Assembly: GCA_964592405.1 (NCBI GenBank)
Contig: CAZQBY010000001.1
Span: 1 to 18,358, forward strand
DNA: 18,358 nt
Reading direction: 5' to 3'
DNA from: an uncultured archaeon
GTDB lineage: Archaea; Altiarchaeota; Altiarchaeia; JAFGQM01
Shown here: piece by piece, positions 1 to 6,478 of the stretch
How positions within the stretch are numbered: the first letter of the stretch is position 1
Layout: the number at the start of each line of letters is the position of its first letter
Position numbers and translations under genes: made by a program
The notes under the pieces: model-generated
What the model was told of the DNA's origin: nothing
What the model saw: the letters and a program-made list of their open reading frames with translations, nothing else
Databases searched by the model: none

Positions 1-62
1 GGAGGAGGCGGCTTTACCTCATTTATTTTGTGAGCGTGATAGATTCTATGTAGCGTGCACCC

Positions 63-305
63 GCGCTCTTCAAAGGCATATCCGCGCGCAGACTGTTCTA
101 GCGATTTCCTGAACTCAGCGTCAAGGTCTCGCGGAATCACGTCTGGTCTGCAGGCAAGTTCTACCGCTCGGTCGGCAACGTCACCGCCGACACGATCAAG
201 CATTACATCGCCTGCTCGCAGGGAATCTGGTGCGAAGAGCCAGTTGACTTAGCCAATGCATGTTCCGCACCAGGCCAAACAGCCATGAGCAATTTCATGG
301 CGTGA
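63..305 (+). pseudogene. tnpA: IS200/IS605-family Y1 (HUH) transposase TnpA, C-terminal remnant
   Basis: Frame 63-305 reads ALFKGISARRLF*RFPELSVKVSRNHVWSAGKFYRSVGNVTADTIKHYIACSQG...FMA*. It has the TnpA KG.S.R, W..G.FY.SVG and catalytic Y (YI...Q) motifs. In-frame TAG at 99-101; the N-terminal HUH half is absent (stop at 51-53). Not in the ORF track. Confidence 0.85.
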
Positions 306-318
306 GCCTGCTACGGAG

Positions 319-350
319 ATACCCCGGCATTCATGCCGGGGAGTATGTCA
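319..350 (+). mobile_element. IS200/IS605 right-end subterminal hairpin and terminus
   Basis: Perfect inverted repeat CCCCGGCAT (322-330) / ATGCCGGGG (333-341), then AGTATGTCA ending at 350, just after the tnpA stop. Typical IS200/IS605 right-end layout; sequence turns AT-rich after 350. Confidence 0.8.
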
Positions 351-434
351 TTTTGTAAGAATTTTCTTACTTTATTTTGTTGTCGGTTCTATAAAAAGCT
401 AACATTTTGGTGCTGTTAAGTTAAGCTGACGGCT

Positions 435-466
435 GTCAAGAACCCTCAGTCACAGACTGGGGCATG
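435..466 (-). mobile_element. Second IS200/IS605-like end hairpin (orphan)
   Basis: Minus strand CATGCCCCAGTC-TGT-GACTGAGGGTTCTTGAC: 8-bp stem with one G-T pair, ending TTGAC. Resembles the GCCCC..hairpin..GGGGTAGTTGAC ends of IS605/IscB-type elements. Confidence 0.5.
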
Positions 467-716
467 TTGATATTCCAATAGCAACTGTTGCCCGGGGTTT
501 CGCTTGACCTCGCGCGAAAAACCCTGCTTTCTGAACGCTCTCTCTATCGCAAGTATCTTCTCCTTCTAGGTGAGCTCGCCGTCCGGGCGCTCTGAGAGTC
601 TGGAGAGTCAGCCCGTTGGGTGCCTGCCTTTGGGGTCTTCAGAAAGCCCGCCTCTTATGCCGGGAGCCCCTGCAGGTTTTGAATTTATTGAATATTTCTG
701 AGAACTCTTGCGACAA

Positions 717-866
717 TCATGAAGGCTCAACAGCGTGTCGGATAATCCCCATGTTGCAGGACCTGGTTTTTGTGCACCAATCTTGGCATTTTTCCGCCCA
801 TTTTTTGTCCTTAAAGAACATCTTGCAAGCTTCGCACTGATAAAGTCCGTCAACCTCTTTTACCAT
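717..866 (-). CDS. 49-aa Cys-rich small protein, putative zinc finger
   Basis: MVKEVDGLYQCEACKMFFKDKKWAEKCQDWCTKTRSCNMGIIRHAVEPS*. ATG at 866, TGA at 717-719, 24 nt downstream of the helicase stop. Zinc-finger-like YxCxxCxxxF(x8)CxxxC pattern. Below the ORF-track length cut-off. Confidence 0.8.
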   Translation of the reverse strand: MVKEVDGLYQCEACKMFFKDKKWAEKCQDWCTKTRSCNMGIIRHAVEPS

Positions 867-890
867 TTCAGCTAATTGTAAGTGGTATGG

Positions 891-2096
891 CTACTTGTAA
901 GAGCGATTTCCACGGTAGTTCCGCCTTGGTTTTTTTCCGCGATAGCCCCTGCACTTTTCGTTTCTAGAGCGGCTGAGCTGCTTTATCCTCCTGACTTTGG
1001 GCGGTCGCTTCATGTGTATGTTCCCGCCATAGTCCCTGTTGATGTTGCGGTAGTTGTTGTGGTCGCGTGAAGTCAAGAGTGTGATAGCATCGCCCTTTTC
1101 TCCTGCGCGCGCTGTTCGGCCTATGCGGTGCAGATACTCCTTGGCGCTGCCGGGTACGTCATAGTTGTAGACATGAGTCACATTCTTGATGTCCAAACCG
1201 CGCGCGGCCACGTCCGTGGCCACCAGAACATCTATCTTCTCCTTCTTGAGCCGGTCCAGGGACTCAAGACGTTTGTTCTGCTTCATCCCGCCGTGTATCG
1301 AAGACGCGTTTATGCCCTGGTTTCGCAGGTTGCGCGCGACGAAATCGGACTCGGTCCTAGTCGCGCAGAATACCAGGGCCAGCCCGGGAGTCTCTTTCTT
1401 CAGCAGATGCACCAGTATCGATAGCTTGTCCTCGTTGTCATATATGTCGTAGCAGGTCTGCCTGAGCTTGTCCGGGTCCACTTGGGGCTTGGTCCTTATC
1501 AGCTCCGGGTTGTGCATGTGCCTCTCCATTATTTTGTAAACGTCGTCGGAGATGGTCGCGCTGAACATGGCGGCCTGTATGTCGCTGGGGGTGTGGCTGA
1601 TTATGCGTTCCACGTCCTCTATGAAACCCATGTCGAACATGCGGTCGGCCTCATCAAGGACGAGGAACTTGAGATCGTAAAAATCTATAGTCTTCCTGTC
1701 TATGTGGTCCAGTATGCGCCCAGGCGTTCCCACCACCACATTGGCTGTCTTCAACTCCCTAATCTGCGGACCTATGCTCACACCCCCGTATATCCTGGTG
1801 GTTTGTATGTCAAGCGGGTCGCCGAAGTCGGCGAAGACGTCCGCCACCTGGATGCACAGCTCCCGGGTCGGAGTCAAAACCAGAACCTGCAAACCGTCAT
1901 CGGGGTATACTTCGTTCATTATGGGGAGGACAAATGCCAAGGTCTTGCCGGAGCCGGTCTCGGCCTGGCCCACCACGTCCCTGCCTTCCAGCATCAGGGG
2001 TATGCACTCCTCCTGGATGGGAGTGAGCTCCTCAAAACCAAGCTCGTTGGCTATCTCCAAAAACTCCTTGTCTATGTCTAAATCCGAGAATTTCAT
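891..2096 (-). CDS. deaD: DEAD-box ATP-dependent RNA helicase (DeaD/CshA-like)
   Basis: Q motif (GFEELTPIQ), AETGSGKT, PTRELC, GG, TPGR, DEAD, SAT, ATDVAARGLD and HRIGRTAR; basic C-terminal tail. Confidence 0.97.
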   Translation of the reverse strand: MKFSDLDIDKEFLEIANELGFEELTPIQEECIPLMLEGRDVVGQAETGSGKTLAFVLPIMNEVYPDDGLQVLVLTPTRELCIQVADVFADFGDPLDIQTTRIYGGVSIGPQIRELKTANVVVGTPGRILDHIDRKTIDFYDLKFLVLDEADRMFDMGFIEDVERIISHTPSDIQAAMFSATISDDVYKIMERHMHNPELIRTKPQVDPDKLRQTCYDIYDNEDKLSILVHLLKKETPGLALVFCATRTESDFVARNLRNQGINASSIHGGMKQNKRLESLDRLKKEKIDVLVATDVAARGLDIKNVTHVYNYDVPGSAKEYLHRIGRTARAGEKGDAITLLTSRDHNNYRNINRDYGGNIHMKRPPKVRRIKQLSRSRNEKCRGYRGKKPRRNYRGNRSYK

Positions 2097-2140
2097 CTTG
2101 AAATGTCAAACATCGCGCGCAGGGGGCTCGACAGAATGAG

Positions 2141-2230
2141 GCGCAACCGCGCCCTTTCAGAGAGTTGCGCAAAGAAACATCCGAAGATGTTTGTCTTGCA
2201 GCTGACTTTTCTCAAGGTCCGCGGTTGCGC
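2141..2230 (-). ncRNA. Structured four-way-junction RNA in the helicase 5' leader
   Basis: P1 GCGCAACCGCG/CGCGGUUGCGC (11 bp, perfect); P2 GACCUU-GAGA-AAAGUC; P3 with AAACAUC-UUCG-GAUGUUU; P4 CUCU-CUGAA-AGGG. The UUCG and GNRA loops read correctly only on the helicase strand. Confidence 0.7.
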
Positions 2231-2249
2231 ATGTTTTATAGGTTGGAGG

Positions 2250-2256
2250 ATAAAAA
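2250..2256 (-). promoter_or_regulatory. Putative TATA box for the helicase leader
   Basis: Minus strand TTTTTAT, beginning about 26 nt upstream of the 5' end of P1 (2230), consistent with archaeal TATA-TSS spacing. Confidence 0.5.
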
Positions 2257-2452
2257 TCATTTCAGTCGCAAAAAAGCTTTTTCTGAAGCTAAGCTTTATT
2301 TAAGCATGAAAAGGCTAGCCGCCTTCATGGCCATAGAAGGCCCTGCTGCGGGGTTTCCTCACGCTGGCCCAGACCTGCGATACCCTCGTCGTCTATGCCC
2401 CTGCGGGAATGGGATGCTCTAGCCTTTTATCGGACTATCATCTAGAGAACGC

Positions 2453-2875
2453 ATGGTCGACATAGTGCGCGCATACAAGAACCCGGAGAAGCACGCGCAG
2501 GAGCTCGAAATCAGCAAGATAGTCGCGGATGAAAAGGTCTGTGAGGAGGGCGTCAGGCGATATGTCCAACTCATCAGAGAGGGTGCGGCCATCAAGCCTA
2601 TAATAGTGGTCAAGCATCCCAGTGTGGAGGAATACGCCGTGCTGAACGGCCATCATCGCTTTTGGGCCTACAAAGAGCTTGGGGTTGAAAAGATCAGGGC
2701 TGTGGTGGTGGAGGATCTGACAGGCCTAGGATTCCACATGACCAAGAACGGCCATCTCCAGCCGCCGGCCGGCTTCACGAGATACATCAGGATACCTGCC
2801 AAGGAATTCCAGAGCTATATTGAGAAGTTCTGGAAGGACCCGGGAGGTATGCTGAGAAGGCAGGTAAGGAGATGA
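2453..2875 (+). CDS. Stand-alone ParB/sulfiredoxin N-terminal-domain protein
   Basis: IKPIIVV...YAVLNGHHRFWAYKELGVEKIRAVV matches the ParB/Srx GxxR arginine patch; no HTH and no parA nearby. Confidence 0.8.
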   Translation: MVDIVRAYKNPEKHAQELEISKIVADEKVCEEGVRRYVQLIREGAAIKPIIVVKHPSVEEYAVLNGHHRFWAYKELGVEKIRAVVVEDLTGLGFHMTKNGHLQPPAGFTRYIRIPAKEFQSYIEKFWKDPGGMLRRQVRR

Positions 2876-2884
2876 TTTTAACTC

Positions 2885-3172
2885 CTAGGAGAGCTCCTCA
2901 AGCATGCCTTCCACGTCGCTCAGATAATCGCTTGACTGCAACTCGCCCTCCAGCTCGTCCAGATAGTCCTCGACGTCTTGGAGATGATCGTCCTCGTCCA
3001 GGGGCGGCAGCGCGGGAGGCTCCTGGCTGGGACTCTCCTGAGGCGACTCCTCTACTGGCGTTTCCGACTCAATGCCCCCCTCTGAAACAGGTTCCTTCGG
3101 AGGGAATATGGAGATGAACAAGGCCAGAACCGCTATGAGTACAATTATCACGGCTGCTGTCTTGGCGTCCAT
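2885..3172 (-). CDS. Small N-terminally anchored acidic protein
   Basis: Start reassigned to ATG 3172 (MDAKTAAVIIV...), which follows GGAGG and lies 1 nt after the upstream stop. TM helix, Pro/Glu linker, acidic helical tail. Confidence 0.7.
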   Translation of the reverse strand: MDAKTAAVIIVLIAVLALFISIFPPKEPVSEGGIESETPVEESPQESPSQEPPALPPLDEDDHLQDVEDYLDELEGELQSSDYLSDVEGMLEELS

Positions 3173-3173
3173 T

Positions 3174-3908
3174 TCAGACCTCCTCCTTCGCCGACTCGAC
3201 AAAGTCCTTCCACAACTCTCGTATGTCCAAGAGTATCGCCTTTTTCTCCTCTAACTCCTCTGCCGCGGTGAAAGAGTCTATGAGATCCTGCAGGTCCTGC
3301 ACGAAAGTGTCAACCGTCTCCGCGCTCACTCCCCGCTGGAGCATATCCTCGGCCCTCTCTGACAAACCCTGGAAGCGGAAGGTCGCATAATTGTATACTC
3401 TTTGCCTCACCTCTTGCGCGCAGCTCGAGTTGCCGGCGCAGTTTTCCATCTGCTCTCTCACTTGACTGCGGTTCCTTACGCCAAGGCGAGTCCTGGCACA
3501 TTCGGCCCTCTGCAGCCCGGGCGGCGTTCCCCAGCACTTGCTCAGACTCTGGACGTGCTCCCTGCATTTGTCCTGACCCTTGGGCAAATCCCCACATTTC
3601 GACATGAGTTTGTTTGTTATCCTCTCCCTGTTGCGCGCGCGCATCTGGGCTACGCACTCGCCGACTGACGCGTTCTGTACGCAGTCTCTAAGCCGTATCC
3701 TCGCAGTCTGCTTGAACTGCTGCCCAGGCGCAGTCTTATTGCTTGGGCCGGTTCCATTGCCACCACTATGGTTACTCATCTGCACGGGCGGAGCCCAGGT
3801 GCCATTCTTGTCCATGTTGTTGGTCCAGCTGGGCGGACCCCGAGCTGTCGTAATGACCGCGAATAATGCCAAGGCGATGACCATTGCCGCTATTGTAGTC
3901 CTGTCCAT
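3174..3908 (-). CDS. Secreted Cys-pair helical hypothetical protein
   Basis: Signal peptide (MDRTTIAAMVIALALFAVITTA), low-complexity linker with N-x-S/T sequons, 8 Cys in helical repeats; TATA-like TTTTTTAAA about 30 nt upstream. Confidence 0.8.
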   Translation of the reverse strand: MDRTTIAAMVIALALFAVITTARGPPSWTNNMDKNGTWAPPVQMSNHSGGNGTGPSNKTAPGQQFKQTARIRLRDCVQNASVGECVAQMRARNRERITNKLMSKCGDLPKGQDKCREHVQSLSKCWGTPPGLQRAECARTRLGVRNRSQVREQMENCAGNSSCAQEVRQRVYNYATFRFQGLSERAEDMLQRGVSAETVDTFVQDLQDLIDSFTAAEELEEKKAILLDIRELWKDFVESAKEEV

Positions 3909-4028
3909 TTTTATCCTGAATAAGATTAGGCGCCCAGTTTAAAAAAACCTTCACGCCTCCGGGCACCCCCTCAGTCCAGTAGGCCACTTCTCGTCCGTGC
4001 AGGCGAAGCATTATTAGGGTATATTAGC

Positions 4029-4283
4029 GACAAGTTCTGGAGCATCCACGACCCGACGCAGGTGGACCGGCAGGGGCCGGACGTCGGCACCCAGTACAGA
4101 TCCGTCATCTTTTACACTACGGAAGGGCAGAGAAAGGCAGCCGAGGAGTCGAAGAAGAGAGTTGAGCAAAATCTTGGCAGGCCGGTGGCAACTCAAATAG
4201 TCGAGGCGTCAAGGTTCTGGCGGGCCGAGGATTATCATCAGCGCTACTTCGAGAAGCGTGGTGGCGGGACCTGCCACATGTAG
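4029..4283 (+). pseudogene. msrA: Peptide-methionine (S)-S-oxide reductase, C-terminal fragment
   Basis: DKFWSIHDPTQVDRQGPDVGTQYRSVIFY...FWRAEDYHQRY...TCH. The N-terminal catalytic GCFWG motif is not found upstream, and there is no room for it before the divergent gene at 3908. Confidence 0.8.
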
Positions 4284-4331
4284 TATCCCCCGCGATAATT
4301 TTTAAAGGGCACGGTCTTAGATTATCCGAAA

Positions 4332-5879
4332 ATGGCCGAGGCCCCCGCACCCGACACACCCCAGGGCGGCAATCTCAATTCCTCAGACACCATAAAGAAC
4401 ATCATAATAGTCGTATGCGTTATAGCCCTCTTTATCATACCGACATTGGTCGTGTATGTAACTCTCCCATCATGCCCCGCTTCCTGCGACGACGGCAATC
4501 CCTGCACTGCCGATTTCTGTGATCAAGAGGCAAAGGACTGTCGGCACACACCACTGAGTGGAATGCAGGGCGTATGTGCAGGAAGTGCAGGCCTGTGCAG
4601 GGAGCGGAGCTGTGAATCCGGTATGTGCGTCGAGAGGATAGTGGAGAGCTGCTGCGGCAATGGGCTCTGTGAGGAAAATGAAACCTATGAAAACTGCATA
4701 GCTGATTGCAGGATTCCGCCGGAAGAGATATGCAGTGATGGCAAGGACAACGACTTTGATGCTCTTGTTGATTGTGAGGACCCGGACTGTGAGTGCATAG
4801 CCGGTGGAGAGGACGATGTGGATGAGGAAAAGGCTGGAAACGGAGAAGAAGAGGAGGTGGACTGCTGCGCACCGGGGGCGGAGTGCCAGGAGAACTGCGA
4901 GGACGGAGAAGACAACGATTGCGACGGCTTGGCAGACTGCGAAGATCCGGATTGCGAGGAGGAGTGCACCATAGACTGCACAGAGCTGATAATGATAACC
5001 GAATTCAGGAAAGAGTTTGGAGATGCTGTCATTGAAGAGGAGGAGGACAAATGTGAGGAAATTCCGGGGGACTGGAGGAGTAAGGTTAATGAGGTGGGGT
5101 GCTACACCGGAGACCTGGAAGAGTTTGACTGCGATGATCTGGAAGAGGAGGTCAGGTACTTCCAGTTTATGCAGTTCTGCAACTCCCTGAATGCCGAGTG
5201 GGAGTGCCAGAACAATTACTGGGGCTGCCTGTGCGACAAGGAGCCTCCGGAGGAGGCCTACAACGGCCCCTACTGCGACGACATCAGTTCCATGGATGCG
5301 GATCGGACCTGCCCTGATTATCCCTGCCAGGACCCGGACGAGAGCTGCAGGCCGGTCTACGGATTGGCTGGCCTGACATGCGAATGCGTCGCTGAGACCG
5401 AGGAGGGCAGCAACTGCGGAGACAAGATAGACAACGACAACGACGGCGCCATAGACTGCATGGACCCGGACTGCTGTCCGGGAAATGAACCATGCTGTTG
5501 TGAGGACTTCTTTGACTCTCCGGACTGGAGCCTCAGCTGGTGCTATCCTGACTGCGAGGACTGCTTCTGCTACGAGGGCGACTGCACCAACGTCAGAGGT
5601 GAGTGTAAGTGCATGGAGATGCCACCCTGTGAACTCATAGAGCCAACTAGTCCGGAAGACTGTGAGCTTGGCATCTGCCGCAACTCCGGCCAAAAGTGCG
5701 TCTATATCGGCCGAAATGGAGATGCCAAATGCTCCTGCCTGTATGACTGCTCCGGCGGGGAAAATCCAGATGCCAATAGCGATCCCAGAGCTTGCTTAGA
5801 AGACTCCTGGTGCGTGGATTTTGACGTGCCCTGTCAATGGTATGAGGATGGGCAACCAGTCTGTGGCTGTCCTATATAG
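4332..5879 (+). CDS. Membrane-anchored Cys-rich acidic surface protein
   Basis: N-terminal TM (IIIVVCVIALFIIPTLVVYV), a CDDGNPCT.D.C motif, a CGNG.CE..E...NC..DC motif and three C.D..DND.D...DC.DPDC repeats; TATA TTTTTAAA about 25 nt upstream. Confidence 0.9.
   Translation: MAEAPAPDTPQGGNLNSSDTIKNIIIVVCVIALFIIPTLVVYVTLPSCPASCDDGNPCTADFCDQEAKDCRHTPLSGMQGVCAGSAGLCRERSCESGMCVERIVESCCGNGLCEENETYENCIADCRIPPEEICSDGKDNDFDALVDCEDPDCECIAGGEDDVDEEKAGNGEEEEVDCCAPGAECQENCEDGEDNDCDGLADCEDPDCEEECTIDCTELIMITEFRKEFGDAVIEEEEDKCEEIPGDWRSKVNEVGCYTGDLEEFDCDDLEEEVRYFQFMQFCNSLNAEWECQNNYWGCLCDKEPPEEAYNGPYCDDISSMDADRTCPDYPCQDPDESCRPVYGLAGLTCECVAETEEGSNCGDKIDNDNDGAIDCMDPDCCPGNEPCCCEDFFDSPDWSLSWCYPDCEDCFCYEGDCTNVRGECKCMEMPPCELIEPTSPEDCELGICRNSGQKCVYIGRNGDAKCSCLYDCSGGENPDANSDPRACLEDSWCVDFDVPCQWYEDGQPVCGCPI
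4731..5477 (+). repeat. Three Asp/Cys metal-binding-type protein repeats
   Basis: CSDGKDNDFDALVDCEDPDC (4731-4790), CEDGEDNDCDGLADCEDPDC (4896-4955), CGDKIDNDNDGAIDCMDPDCC (5415-5477). Confidence 0.85.
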
Positions 5880-6005
5880 GAGTAGACAGCAGATATTCAT
5901 CAGCAGGAGGGAGTCGACTCAAACGCGCGGGTTGAGGCAGACAGGGTTTCGTTTGTGGTAGAGAGGCATTTGCTTTTTTATGCTTTGCGCATTTTATTTG
6001 TGGAA

Positions 6006-6326
6006 ATGGCGCGAAGAAGAAAAACTCCCCCAAAAGGCCTACATGTCCAGCGCCCAGAAGCCGATCTGAACAAGAGAAAGTTCAGAGAGAATCTTTTAAG
6101 GGATCATCCTGGCCTTCACGGGCGCGAGGGTCTGATAGAGAGACTTTATGCGCCCACTAGGGACCCGTGCCTCCACCCGCTGGAGATTCTTGAACGGCAG
6201 AGGTCTGCCATATTTGCTGAGGCCGATAGACCGGGCCTGACTGCAGAGCAGATGGAGGCACTTGAAAAGGTTCTTGCGAGTGTGAATGAGCGCATCAGAA
6301 GTATAACCTCTCGGCGTGGAAGGTAG
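6006..6326 (+). CDS. Hypothetical protein with Arg/Lys/Pro-rich N-terminus
   Basis: Start reassigned to ATG 6006 (MARRRKTPPKG...), with TTTTTTAT about 26 nt upstream. Helical C-terminus. Confidence 0.65.
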   Translation: MARRRKTPPKGLHVQRPEADLNKRKFRENLLRDHPGLHGREGLIERLYAPTRDPCLHPLEILERQRSAIFAEADRPGLTAEQMEALEKVLASVNERIRSITSRRGR

Positions 6327-6478
6327 GGCAACCTCTAGCCTTCTGCCGCCAGCAACACTGGGCGCAACATTGCTGGCTCGGCAGGCCGTAGAAAAAAGGG
6401 GCTCAGCCTGTCCGACTGCTCCAGACAGTAAAAAATCTTTGATTTTTATGCTTGGAGCCCTTAGAGAAAGGGCTGAAA

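Noticed and set aside
99-101. Amber recoding or pyrrolysine suggested by in-frame TAGs in the remnants
   Set aside because: TAG ends conserved genes (gdhA, radA, aroK) at their expected C-termini, and tnpA is also truncated.
55-853. Track ORFs 55-252, 608-853 and 616-840
   Set aside because: They are off-frame or antisense shadows of the tnpA remnant and the 49-aa gene.
2141-2230. Canonical tRNA gene
   Set aside because: The closing stem is 11 bp, a UUCG arm sits where the anticodon loop would be, and there is no GTTCRA T-arm or CCA.
2271-2282. Palindrome AAAAAGCTTTTT
   Set aside because: Low complexity with no other support.
2103-2422. Track ORFs 2103-2303 and 2165-2422
   Set aside because: No motifs, and they cross the structured leader and promoter region.
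4470-5693. 407-aa antisense ORF
   Set aside because: Shadow of the Cys/Asp/Glu-rich gene's codon bias; no motifs.
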